NCBI GenBank assembly: GCA_902558095.1
Contig: CACECP010000001.1
Span: forward strand, 90,050-154,049
Direction of reading: 5' to 3'
DNA length: 64,000 bases
Source: an uncultured SAR86 cluster bacterium
GTDB taxonomy: Bacteria; Pseudomonadota; Gammaproteobacteria; Magnimaribacterales; D2472
A program made the position numbers and the translations under genes. A model generated the notes under the pieces. The model made no database searches and had not been told where the DNA came from. It worked only from the letters and a program-made list of their open reading frames with translations. Within the stretch, counting starts at the first letter, position 1. The number at the start of each line of letters is the position of its first letter. Of the stretch, positions 1 to 9,447 are shown one piece after another.

Positions 1-1009
1 TTTTGAATTCAATATTGCCATCTATTTTAATATCATTAGTTCCGTTATCTTTTTCAATTTCTTGGTCTAGTTGATCAAAAATTTCAGTAGCAGCAGCCAG
101 TCCCTTTTGAACAATCATATTAATATTAGATAGCTGTCTAATTGGTTTTGCCATAAGTCCAGCAGCAGTAAAAAATGCAACAAATGTTTCTGCATCTAGT
201 GATATTCCTAGTTTTGCACCAAGTGCAAAATAGGCAACTATAGATAATGATATTGATACAAGAACTTGAATAATAGGTGTTGCCATATTTCCAGTTGCTT
301 CTAGCTTCAAGTTTTGATTTCTATTTGATTCATTAGCAACGTGAAATCTTGAGTTTTCATAATCTTGAGCATTGAAACTTTTGATCTCAACATGGCCATC
401 AACAGCTTCAGAGGCAATATGTGTGACATCTCCCATAGCTGTTTGAATTTTTGTAGCTAATTTTTTTAATCTTTTACCGGCAACATAAACTATAAATGCT
501 ATTAGTGGCGCTGTCCCAATTAATAGTAATGTTAGCTTAAAATTTAGTATCAAAAGATATATAAATAGTCCGATTAAAAGAAAGCCTTCTCTTATAAGTG
601 TTTTGACGGCATTTGAGGCTGCACCTGAAACTTGGGTGGTTGTAAAAGTAATCCTATTTATTAATTGGCCTGATTGATTTGAGTCAAAATAAGATTTTGG
701 TAGATCATGTAATTTATGAAATAACTCAGCTCTTAAATCCCTAACTATTCCAAATCCAACTACAGACATAAAATAATTTCCAATAAAAAATCCAATACCC
801 CTACCTAATGCGATAAAAATTAATGATAGTGCTAATAGTGAACTAAAATTTTCTTCTTCAGAGTTGATAAATCCAATAATTCTTCTTATCCATTCAACAG
901 CAGCAATATCAGCAAAAGCAAAGCTAATAAAACCAAAGACACTTATAAGAAAGGACCACTTATATCTGAAAGTATAACCAAGTAATCTTTTTAAACTTCC
1001 TTTTTTCAT
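1..1009 (-). CDS. msbA: MsbA-like ABC exporter (lipid A/phospholipid flippase type), N-terminal transmembrane domain; gene continues beyond window start
   Basis: Not in the ORF track because it is open at the window edge. Manual translation from ATG 1009..1007 gives MKKGSLKRLLGYTFRYKWSFLISVFGFISFAFADIAAVEW..., a multi-helix type-I ABC exporter TMD. It ends at nt 2 with ...DIKIDGNIEFK, the usual entry into the nucleotide-binding domain. The ATG overlaps the exbD stop (ATGA). The exbB-exbD-msbA order is common in Gammaproteobacteria. Confidence 0.7.
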   Translation of the reverse strand, partial: MKKGSLKRLLGYTFRYKWSFLISVFGFISFAFADIAAVEWIRRIIGFINSEEENFSSLLALSLIFIALGRGIGFFIGNYFMSVVGFGIVRDLRAELFHKLHDLPKSYFDSNQSGQLINRITFTTTQVSGAASNAVKTLIREGFLLIGLFIYLLILNFKLTLLLIGTAPLIAFIVYVAGKRLKKLATKIQTAMGDVTHIASEAVDGHVEIKSFNAQDYENSRFHVANESNRNQNLKLEATGNMATPIIQVLVSISLSIVAYFALGAKLGISLDAETFVAFFTAAGLMAKPIRQLSNINMIVQKGLAAATEIFDQLDQEIEKDNGTNDIKIDGNIEFK

Positions 1010-1410
1010 TTTTCTATAGTTCTAATTTGAACTTCATTAAAGCCATACTTATTTAATATATCCATTATCGTAATAACCCATATATGCAAAGAATCAGACT
1101 CAGCACTAAGAATTATAGAATCATCAGTTAATTCTAAATCAAATATTGCTTGATCAATTTTATTTATATCCTCTATGTTAAATACATCATTATTTATATA
1201 TATGCTGCCATTATTAATAATTACAATCTCATTAACAGATTGGACAGCTTTATATTGAAATGATTCAGTCTTTGGTAGGTCAAGTGAAAGGAATTGTGAT
1301 TCGCCAACTTTTGAAGTTACAACAAAAAATATAACTAGTAAAAAAACAATATCTATAAGAGGCGTTATTTCTATTGAGAATGATTTTTTTTCATCTGTTA
1401 CAAATTTCAT
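1006..1410 (-). CDS. exbD: ExbD/TolR-family biopolymer transport protein
   Basis: 134 aa with a single N-terminal TM carrying the family signature and membrane Asp (ITPLIDIVFLLVIFF), followed by a periplasmic domain. Overlaps exbB by 4 nt. Confidence 0.85.
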   Translation of the reverse strand: MKFVTDEKKSFSIEITPLIDIVFLLVIFFVVTSKVGESQFLSLDLPKTESFQYKAVQSVNEIVIINNGSIYINNDVFNIEDINKIDQAIFDLELTDDSIILSAESDSLHIWVITIMDILNKYGFNEVQIRTIEK

Positions 1411-2006
1411 TTGTTAATAGTATCTATAAATTCAGAAACCTCTTTTTGAAGAGTAATAAGAAGATAAGTAATCTTTTGTTCGAAATATCTATGAAGAACA
1501 AGACCGGGTACTGCGATCAAAAGACCAAATGCAGTTGTTATCAAGGCTTGTGAGATACCTGCTGCTAAAAGATCAGGGTTAGCACCGGATGACTCTGTCA
1601 AACCTGTAAATGCAGTTATCATGCCAACTACAGTGCCAAGAAGACCAAGTAATGGACTGATAGTAGCAATAGTTCCAAGCATAGATAACCTTCTCTCTAG
1701 ATTGTATTTAACTTCTAAAGCCTTTTCTTCTATTTTTGATTCTAAGTTTTCTCTAGGAAGATTTTTGTATTTAATACAGTTAATTAATAAAAAACCAAGT
1801 GATGATAAAGATGATATCTCTATTGTTTGTTTTTTTGTCATTAAATTATTTTCTAATAGATTTTTTATTTGTTTTGAAAGGCCTTTTGGTGCAACCAGCC
1901 TATTTTTTAGAAACCATGATTTTTCAATAGAAATACTTATTATTAAAATGCTACATGCCAATAATGGCCACATAAAAGGTCCGCCAGCTGATATAAATTC
2001 ATTCAT
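1407..2006 (-). CDS. exbB: MotA/TolQ/ExbB-family proton channel
   Basis: 199 aa with three TM segments. Signature SPLLGLLGTVVGMITAF ... GISQALITTAFGLLIAVPGLV. Sits directly upstream of exbD. Confidence 0.85.
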   Translation of the reverse strand: MNEFISAGGPFMWPLLACSILIISISIEKSWFLKNRLVAPKGLSKQIKNLLENNLMTKKQTIEISSLSSLGFLLINCIKYKNLPRENLESKIEEKALEVKYNLERRLSMLGTIATISPLLGLLGTVVGMITAFTGLTESSGANPDLLAAGISQALITTAFGLLIAVPGLVLHRYFEQKITYLLITLQKEVSEFIDTINK

Positions 2007-2008
2007 TT

Positions 2009-2680
2009 CTATAAGTCTATTCGTGCATCAGAAAGTACGTGTACTTTACTAAAAGCTTTTATAAACTCATTATCATGAGTAGCTGTTATTAAAGCAACAC
2101 CATAATTATTTGATATATCAATAATAAGGTCTTGAATAATCCTTGCATTATCTCTGTCCAAATTTCCTGTTGGCTCATCAAGGAATAGAAATTTAGGTTT
2201 ATTCGTTAGAGCTCTTGCTATAGCTGCTCTCTGCTTTTCACCACCTGATAACTTCCATGGAAGATGATCTTTTCTATCGATAATATTTAAATTATGCATA
2301 ATTTCATGAATCTGATTTTTCATATCATTGTTATATGTTCCATTAAGCATAGCAGGTATTGATATATTTTCTTCTATTGTTAAATCTTCGAGCAAATAGT
2401 GAAATTGGTAAACAAAACCAAAATTTAATAATCGAATTTTACTTAGTTTGTTTAAAGAGATATTAGATAAATCATCTCCATTATATACAACCGATCCATT
2501 TGTTGGTTTGTCTAGTCCTGCCATTATATGAAGGAGTGTAGACTTCCCTGCACCAGATTTTCCCGATATTGCAATTTTTTCAGATTCTTCAATTTCTAGA
2601 TTAATATCTATTAGTACGTCAAGGGTCTCATTATTAATGACAAAAGATTTTGATAAATTTTTACAATTTAATTTATTCAT
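2009..2680 (-). CDS. lolD: Lipoprotein-releasing system ATP-binding protein LolD
   Basis: 223 aa with Walker A GKSGAGKST, ABC signature LSGGEKQR and Walker B FLFLDEPT. Overlaps the upstream LolC/E-type permease gene by 8 nt. Confidence 0.85.
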   Translation of the reverse strand: MNKLNCKNLSKSFVINNETLDVLIDINLEIEESEKIAISGKSGAGKSTLLHIMAGLDKPTNGSVVYNGDDLSNISLNKLSKIRLLNFGFVYQFHYLLEDLTIEENISIPAMLNGTYNNDMKNQIHEIMHNLNIIDRKDHLPWKLSGGEKQRAAIARALTNKPKFLFLDEPTGNLDRDNARIIQDLIIDISNNYGVALITATHDNEFIKAFSKVHVLSDARIDL

Positions 2681-3905
2681 GTCTTAGTATTTGAACTGGA
2701 TTTAATTTAACCGCTCTTAAAGATGGAATTAGAGACGATAATAGACTAATACCAAATGATATTAGACATATTATTAGTATCTGTTTGTAATCAATATAGT
2801 ATGGAAAATAATTTATAAAATAAGCTTCAAGAAGGTTTCTATCTAAAATAGATTCTAAAAAAGTAATTATATTTGTAAGATTTAGCGTAAGAACAAAGCC
2901 TAATAAAACACCAAAAATAATACCAATTAAGCTGACTATAAATCCTTGTGTAAAAAATATTAATATTATCTGTTTAGAACTAGCTCCTAAGGTTAATAAA
3001 ATACCTATTTCCCTCTCTTTTGATTTAACAGTCATGATTACTGTAGATAAAACTAATATTGAAGCTACTGCTACAATCAAAAATAACATTAAACTGATTA
3101 ATAATTTTTCAAACTTTATTGCTTCAAATAGAGTTCCATGAGTTGATTTCCAGGATGAAAAAATTAAATTATCTCTATTTAGATTTTCTATTAAATTTTT
3201 GCTTATATTATCTGCTTGAAATAAATTATCTGTTTTTATTCTTATGGACAACGTTTCATCTAAATCTATATTTTTTAACTTTTGTGCTGTCTTATGAGAA
3301 ACCAATGTCATGGTTTGATCTATTTCTGTTCTGAGTTCATATATTCCAACTATCTGAAAATTAACCGAAGTTGGATATGAGCCAATTAAAGAGGTTTTAA
3401 TATCCGAAGTAGTAATATTTATTTTATCGCCAACATATACACCAAGGTTAGCTGCTAACAAAGAGCCTATAATGATTGAGTTACCAGTATCAAGATTTGA
3501 TAGATTACCTACAAGCATATAATCAGGAATAATTGACATGCTTTCTTCCTTCTTTGTATCTATACCAATTATATTTATACCTTTACTATTATATTGAGAA
3601 GATACAAGTCCTTGAAGGGATATATAAGGTGATGCCTCTAATATATTTTTTTCATTTTTTATATCATTTACAAGTTGATCATAATTTTTAATTGGATCAT
3701 CTGAATAGATGACCGAATGAGGGATAACACCTAAGATTCTATTTTCTAGCTCTTTCTCAAAGCCATTCATTACTGAAGTTACAACAATTAGACTTGAGAT
3801 ACCAATCATTAAACCAATGATTGCAAGGAAAGTTGTAAAAGAAAATATACCTCCTTTATTAGATCTAAGGTATTTATAACCTAATTTCAGAGATATGGAA
3901 GCCAC
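2673..3905 (-). CDS. lolC: LolC/LolE-family lipoprotein-releasing system permease (only one copy in this locus)
   Basis: 410 aa with MacB/FtsX architecture: an N-terminal TM, a large periplasmic loop and three C-terminal TM. The N-terminus (SISLKLGYKYLRSNKGG) is typical of LolC/E. GTG start. Confidence 0.8.
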   Translation of the reverse strand: MASISLKLGYKYLRSNKGGIFSFTTFLAIIGLMIGISSLIVVTSVMNGFEKELENRILGVIPHSVIYSDDPIKNYDQLVNDIKNEKNILEASPYISLQGLVSSQYNSKGINIIGIDTKKEESMSIIPDYMLVGNLSNLDTGNSIIIGSLLAANLGVYVGDKINITTSDIKTSLIGSYPTSVNFQIVGIYELRTEIDQTMTLVSHKTAQKLKNIDLDETLSIRIKTDNLFQADNISKNLIENLNRDNLIFSSWKSTHGTLFEAIKFEKLLISLMLFLIVAVASILVLSTVIMTVKSKEREIGILLTLGASSKQIILIFFTQGFIVSLIGIIFGVLLGFVLTLNLTNIITFLESILDRNLLEAYFINYFPYYIDYKQILIICLISFGISLLSSLIPSLRAVKLNPVQILRHE

Positions 3906-3909
3906 AAAA

Positions 3910-5337
3910 CTATTTCATTAATTTTTTTAAAACTTTTTCAATATCACCCTTATAAGGAGGTCTAACAGCATCAAAGACTTTATCAAGCTTTGAACCTATA
4001 TCTTTATAATAAGCTCTTGGGTTAGAAAAGTTTTTAAAACCATCAAAAGATTTATATCTACCCATTCCTGAAGGCCCAACACCTCCAAAAGATAAATCAT
4101 TTTGCTGAAGATGACTTATTACATTATTTACTGTTACTCCACCAGATGATGTTTTATTTAGAAGCTCATCTTCTTCAGATTTATTATCTCCAAAATAATA
4201 CAATCCTAAAGGTCTATCTTTAGAATTAATTAAAGCAGTAGCCTCATCAATATCATCATATTCAACAACTGGTAAAAGTGGTCCAAAAATTTCTTCTTGC
4301 ATTATCTTCATATCATCAGTTGTGTTGGTAACAATGGTTGGTGGGATTTTATAGAATTCCTGTTGAGAAAAATCTTCATTTGAGGGATTAATTTCATCAA
4401 CATGTGCTCCCTTTTCAATTGCGTCATCTAGTAGGTCTTTTAATCTGTCATAGTGTTTTTCATTAATTATAGATGTGTAGTCATCGTTGTCTTTAAGTGA
4501 AGGAAAATACTCAGATACTGCAATTTTACTTTCATTAACAAAATCTTCTTTTTGATCTTTATGAATCACAACATAATCTGGAGCTAAGCAAATTTGTCCA
4601 GCATTAAGTGTTTTACCAAACATTATTCTTTTTGCAGATGTTTTTAGATCAGCTGATTTCCCTATAACAACTGGAGATTTTCCTCCAAGTTCTAATGTGC
4701 AAGGAACTAAATTTTGTGATGCGGCATTCATTACATGCTTAGCAACTGATCCACCACCTGTATAAAGAAGATGGTCAAATGTTAGTTTTGTGAATGACTC
4801 GCCTACTTCAGGCCCACCTAGAAAAGTTGCAAACTCATTCTCATCATAAGCTTTATCACATAAATCTTTTAAAAGCTGAGATGTTATAGGTGTATGCTCA
4901 CTTGGTTTATGCATGACTTGATTACCTGCAGCAAATATTGAAACTAGAGGAACAAATGCTAAATTAACAGGAAAATTCCACGGCGATATCATTCCAACTG
5001 TGCCAAGAGGCTCATATTTAATATATGATTTTGCACCTAAAAGTCCAAATGGAAAATTCGAGGATTTTTTTTCAGGTTTACTCCATTTTTTTACATTTTT
5101 AATTGCAAGATTAATAGCCGGCATAATGCCATATATATCAGATAACATAGATGCATTTTTTGATCTATTTCCAAAATCAGAATTTAAAGCATCAATAAAG
5201 TCATATCTATTATCCATGATCAATGATTTTAATCTTTGAAGTCTATCGATTCTTAAATCTACTGATGGAGCACCATTTTTAATAAAAAATTCCTTCTGTA
5301 GTTTTAAGATTTGATTCATTTGTTCATAACTACTCAT
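3910..5337 (-). CDS. NAD(P)-dependent aldehyde dehydrogenase (ALDH3 / coniferyl-aldehyde dehydrogenase-like)
   Basis: 475 aa with catalytic motifs ELGGKSP and GQICLAPDY (Cys nucleophile). Length and the PWNFP motif are typical of the family. Confidence 0.85.
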   Translation of the reverse strand: MSSYEQMNQILKLQKEFFIKNGAPSVDLRIDRLQRLKSLIMDNRYDFIDALNSDFGNRSKNASMLSDIYGIMPAINLAIKNVKKWSKPEKKSSNFPFGLLGAKSYIKYEPLGTVGMISPWNFPVNLAFVPLVSIFAAGNQVMHKPSEHTPITSQLLKDLCDKAYDENEFATFLGGPEVGESFTKLTFDHLLYTGGGSVAKHVMNAASQNLVPCTLELGGKSPVVIGKSADLKTSAKRIMFGKTLNAGQICLAPDYVVIHKDQKEDFVNESKIAVSEYFPSLKDNDDYTSIINEKHYDRLKDLLDDAIEKGAHVDEINPSNEDFSQQEFYKIPPTIVTNTTDDMKIMQEEIFGPLLPVVEYDDIDEATALINSKDRPLGLYYFGDNKSEEDELLNKTSSGGVTVNNVISHLQQNDLSFGGVGPSGMGRYKSFDGFKNFSNPRAYYKDIGSKLDKVFDAVRPPYKGDIEKVLKKLMK

Positions 5338-5351
5338 TATTATCTCCTTGG

Positions 5352-6224
5352 CTAACTTCTATCTGCTTTATCTTTATTATTAGCATTTCTAATTAATTTT
5401 CTCATATTTTCCCAGTCTTCGTCAGATAATTTATCAAGTTGTGAAAAAGTTCCTCCACCAGTTAAATATTGGGCTCCATCTAGACCAATTGTTTGACCTG
5501 TTAAATATTCACAACCATCTGCCATTAAGAAAGTAGCCAGATTTTGTAATTCAATCATTTCTCCAACTCTACCCATTGGAACGGCACTCATCATCCCATC
5601 ATCATTATTATTACCTGGATTTAGTCTTTCCCATGCTCCTTTTGTTGGAAATGGACCTGGAGCTATACCATTAACTTTTATACCATATTTGCCCCATTCA
5701 GCTGCTAAAGATTGAGTCATTGCATGAATACCAGACTTTGACATAGCTGATGGAACTACATATGGAGATCCAGTCCACACCCATGTAGCTAATATATTTA
5801 TTATTGAGCCTTTATGCTTATGCTCAATCCACCTTTTACCAACTGAATGAGTGATATAAAAAGTACCATGAAATACAATATTGGCTATAGCATCAAAACC
5901 TTTATGCGATAAATCTTTTGTTGGAGATATAAAATTTCCAGCTGCATTATTAACGAGGCCGTCTAGAGGTGCATTATCAAAGATAGATTCGATATAGTCC
6001 TCTACATCTTTTGAAGCTCTTATATCTAGAGTTTGATAATGAACATTTGTTTTATATTTATCAATTATTTCTTTTGCTGTATCTTGAAGGACGTTCTCTC
6101 TTCTTCCACATATATAAAGTTCAGCACCATGTTTTGCGAAATGACTTGCCATCTCTTTTCCAAGCCCAGTCCCACCTCCAGTTACCAGAATCCTTTTGTC
6201 TTTAAGTAGATCATTTTTAAACAT
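5352..6224 (-). CDS. SDR-family oxidoreductase, 2,4-dienoyl-CoA reductase-like
   Basis: 290 aa with Rossmann motif VTGGGTGLG. The active-site region SAMSKSGIHAMTQSLAAEWG resembles DECR-type SDRs. Confidence 0.7.
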   Translation of the reverse strand: MFKNDLLKDKRILVTGGGTGLGKEMASHFAKHGAELYICGRRENVLQDTAKEIIDKYKTNVHYQTLDIRASKDVEDYIESIFDNAPLDGLVNNAAGNFISPTKDLSHKGFDAIANIVFHGTFYITHSVGKRWIEHKHKGSIINILATWVWTGSPYVVPSAMSKSGIHAMTQSLAAEWGKYGIKVNGIAPGPFPTKGAWERLNPGNNNDDGMMSAVPMGRVGEMIELQNLATFLMADGCEYLTGQTIGLDGAQYLTGGGTFSQLDKLSDEDWENMRKLIRNANNKDKADRS

Positions 6225-6236
6225 ATTTATAAATTC

Positions 6237-7235
6237 CTATTTAATAATATCAATAATAGCATCAGCCCATAAATCTGAATAATTTAATGATTCAACATAA
6301 TCTAGATTTTTACCACCTACATTTTTAAATAACTCTGCATACTCATCACCAATTTCAATTATTGTTTCTAAACAATCTGCTGTAAATGCTGGTGAGAAAA
6401 CTAGCACATTTTTATGCCCCTTTTTGGGTAATTCTTTCAAAACTTGGTCAGTAAATGGAGTAAGCCATTTATTAGTGAGTCGAGATTGGTATGTTACTTG
6501 ATAATCATTAGGTTGAAGATTTAATCTATTAGCTAGAATTTTAGTTGTCTCATATGTAGTTGCTTTGTAACAAAACTTATTTGATTCTGAAATTCCTAAT
6601 TCGCAATTATGGTCACTACATAGAGACTCTGGATAAACATTATCGACATGGCTATTAGGTATTCCATGATAACTAAATACAATCTTATCGTAAGATTTAA
6701 TATCAAATTTAGATGCTTTATCAACCCATGCATCAATAAATTTATCATTATCATAAAATTGATTTATAAATTTTATATTAGGAACTACCCATTTTTTTGA
6801 GATTATCCTTGATATCTCTTGATAAACCGAACCTGTTGTAGCCGAAGCATAGTGAGGAAAAAGAGGTAGTACAATAATTTCATCTGGATTTTTTTCTAAT
6901 ATATTATCGATCACTTTTTCAATTGATGGGTTTTGATAGCGCATTGCAAAATAAACATCATATTCATTTTGTTTGGTAGTTAATTTCTTCGATAACTCAA
7001 TTGTGTTATGAAGTAATGGTGATCCTGTATCTTTGTCCCAAACTTCTTTATAAACTTTTGTTGATGAAAATGATCTAGTGGGGCAAATGATAAAATTTAC
7101 TAAAAAAAATCTTAATATGGGGTTGATGTTTATTACACGCCCATCCATTAAGAATTGTCTTAGATATTTAAAAACACTAAAGTAAGATGGTTTATCAGGG
7201 GTTCCTAAATTTACCAAAAGTAATGCTTTTTTCAT
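6237..7235 (-). CDS. hemH: Ferrochelatase
   Basis: N-terminal LLVNLGTPD, YHGIP and a C-terminal FTADCLETxxE-type motif. I place the start at MKKALLL (7235), which gives a 4-nt overlap with the upstream MFS gene. The 20 extra codons in the track ORF (to 7295) are probably untranslated. Confidence 0.9.
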   Translation of the reverse strand: MKKALLLVNLGTPDKPSYFSVFKYLRQFLMDGRVININPILRFFLVNFIICPTRSFSSTKVYKEVWDKDTGSPLLHNTIELSKKLTTKQNEYDVYFAMRYQNPSIEKVIDNILEKNPDEIIVLPLFPHYASATTGSVYQEISRIISKKWVVPNIKFINQFYDNDKFIDAWVDKASKFDIKSYDKIVFSYHGIPNSHVDNVYPESLCSDHNCELGISESNKFCYKATTYETTKILANRLNLQPNDYQVTYQSRLTNKWLTPFTDQVLKELPKKGHKNVLVFSPAFTADCLETIIEIGDEYAELFKNVGGKNLDYVESLNYSDLWADAIIDIIK

Positions 7236-8422
7236 ATTAAACTCGATTTTCTTATTGTTGGATGAAATATTATAAATAATATCAATCCTATACATAAGAT
7301 TGAACTGAAATAATACAAGTATGAAGGGTTAATTGCGTATATAGGCATAGCAATAAATGGTGTTGTCATATGACCAATTGGAATAACTGAGCCAAGATAG
7401 CCAGCTGCAGAGCCTTGATTCTCGGGACTTTGAGCTAGTGAAAGTGAGGATGCTAATGCTGGTCTAGTCATTCCAAAACCAAATCCAAGGATAATAATTG
7501 AAAGATAATAAACAGAGATGGATTGAAAGAAAGCCATAGTTGAATATGAAAAAACTAACAACAATGTGCCAAACAACAATAAATTAAAATTTTTCATTGG
7601 GAATGTGTCAGTAAAAAGATATTGACTGACAATTGTAGATATAGATAAAAGCGCAAACGTCATACTAATAAGAGTTGGTAAATCGTCAAACTCTCTAAAT
7701 AAGTCTGTAATATAAAAACCTATTGATTGTATTAATGATGCCTGACATAAACTTAAAACAGCTGCATATGCTAAAAAAGGTAGAATAGTTTTTGAGTACC
7801 ATTTTATTTTAATGGTATTTTTAGCATCATCTTTTTTTATAGATGTATTATTTACTTCTTTGTATATTCCAAAAGCTGCAATTAATGCCAGAAATGAAAA
7901 CACGTAAAACGGTGTTTCATTTGTAATTAAAAATAAAAAACCTCCTATTAATGGTCCTACAACCGTACCAACTAAAAAACTTGCCTCTAAACGCGCAAAT
8001 TTTACAGTTCTTTTTTCCTTCGATGAGGTATCTGCAATATAGGCGAATGATGCGGGTCTTGAGGCAGAGCCAACTAATCCATTTAACAACCTTCCAAGAA
8101 CAAGTGCTGGAAATAAGTAGACAACATCTAAAATATTCCTTTCTACAAGAAAAAGAGGTGTAATTAAGGCTATTAATGAAATTGAGTAGCCAACTAGACC
8201 TAATACAGCAATATTCCTTCTTCCATATTTATCACTTGTCCTCCCCCAAAAAGCGCTTGTTAATGCCCATGCAAAAGCGGATATAGCAAATATTGACGAA
8301 GTTTGAACCTCAGAAAGACCAAGATCTCTTGCAAGAGGTGGAACCAAGACAAAAACAAATGACTGTCCTAATCCGACTGTAAATAGGCCAAATTTTAACC
8401 ATGAAGATCCTGAAATAGACAT
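7232..8422 (-). CDS. MFS transporter
   Basis: 396 aa with about 12 hydrophobic segments. An MFS motif-A-like loop, GRTSDKYGRRN, follows TM2. Start overlaps the trpS stop by 1 nt and stop overlaps the hemH start. Confidence 0.8.
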   Translation of the reverse strand: MSISGSSWLKFGLFTVGLGQSFVFVLVPPLARDLGLSEVQTSSIFAISAFAWALTSAFWGRTSDKYGRRNIAVLGLVGYSISLIALITPLFLVERNILDVVYLFPALVLGRLLNGLVGSASRPASFAYIADTSSKEKRTVKFARLEASFLVGTVVGPLIGGFLFLITNETPFYVFSFLALIAAFGIYKEVNNTSIKKDDAKNTIKIKWYSKTILPFLAYAAVLSLCQASLIQSIGFYITDLFREFDDLPTLISMTFALLSISTIVSQYLFTDTFPMKNFNLLLFGTLLLVFSYSTMAFFQSISVYYLSIIILGFGFGMTRPALASSLSLAQSPENQGSAAGYLGSVIPIGHMTTPFIAMPIYAINPSYLYYFSSILCIGLILFIIFHPTIRKSSLI

Positions 8423-9414
8423 CAGGATATTCTTTTTATTCCTATAACTTCTCTGATTTCAGATATTTTTTCTTGTGCTAATAATCTAGTTTTTTTAGAG
8501 CCATCTGATAAAACATCATTAATATAGTTCTTATCTTTAATTAAATCCTCATAACGCGACCTAATAGGTTTTAATTCGGCGTTAATTGCATCAAATAGTA
8601 TTTCTTTAGCTTCGCCCCATGATATGCCGTTTTCATATTGCTTTTTAAATTCAGAAACAGAGTTGTCATCTGCAAAATTTTTATATAAATCAAAAACAGT
8701 ACAATCATCTGAATTCTTAGGAACACCCGGTTCAAGTGAGTTTGTTACTATTTTCATAACAGATTTACGTAACACTTTTTCATCTTCTAATAGAGGAATT
8801 ACGTTTCCATAAGATTTGCTCATTTTTCTTCCATCTAATCCTAAAACAACTTTCTCATCATCTTGGATTATAGGTTCAGGTAAGGTTAATAAAGGTTTAT
8901 ACAAATGATTAAATCTTGCAGCTATATCTCTAGTCATTTCTAAATGTTGAATTTGATCTGAGCCGACAGGCACATGAGTCGAATCAAACATTAATATATC
9001 AGCAGCCATTAAAACTGGATAAGAGAATAGGCCCATAGAGATACCTTTATCAGCATCTTCCTTGTTTAATGCCATTGCAGCTTTGTATGCGTGCGCCCTA
9101 TTCATTAATCCTTTAGCAGTAATGCAATTTAATATCCAAGTAAGTTCTAAAATTTCTGGTACATCAGATTGTCTGTAGAAGAAAGTTTCTTTTGGATCTA
9201 AGCCGCATGATAGCCATGCAAGTGCGATATCCTCAACCGATTTTTCAATTTTATCTGAATCTTGATTTTTAATTACAGCATGATAGTCAGCAAGAAAAAA
9301 AAACGACTGATCTTCACTATTTGCCATTTTTAATGCAGGTCTTATCGCACCTATATAATTTCCTATATGCGGTGTACCAGTGGTTGTAATTCCTGTTAGA
9401 ATTCGTTTTTTCAT
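8422..9414 (-). CDS. trpS: Tryptophan--tRNA ligase
   Basis: 330 aa with class I aaRS motifs HIGH (TPHIGNY) and KMSKS (RKMSKSYGN). Confidence 0.95.
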   Translation of the reverse strand: MKKRILTGITTTGTPHIGNYIGAIRPALKMANSEDQSFFFLADYHAVIKNQDSDKIEKSVEDIALAWLSCGLDPKETFFYRQSDVPEILELTWILNCITAKGLMNRAHAYKAAMALNKEDADKGISMGLFSYPVLMAADILMFDSTHVPVGSDQIQHLEMTRDIAARFNHLYKPLLTLPEPIIQDDEKVVLGLDGRKMSKSYGNVIPLLEDEKVLRKSVMKIVTNSLEPGVPKNSDDCTVFDLYKNFADDNSVSEFKKQYENGISWGEAKEILFDAINAELKPIRSRYEDLIKDKNYINDVLSDGSKKTRLLAQEKISEIREVIGIKRIS

Positions 9415-9447
9415 TTAGTATAATTATAAACATCATATATAAATATT

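Noticed and set aside
7236-7295. N-terminal extensions of track ORFs: hemH to 7295, S51 peptidase to 38707, ggt to 20560, TBDR-1 to 35021, TBDR-3 to 56524, g9 TTG at 21506.
   Set aside because: Internal ATGs give canonical N-termini or signal peptides and typical 4-nt or short-spacer coupling with the upstream gene. The extensions add non-conserved residues ahead of these.
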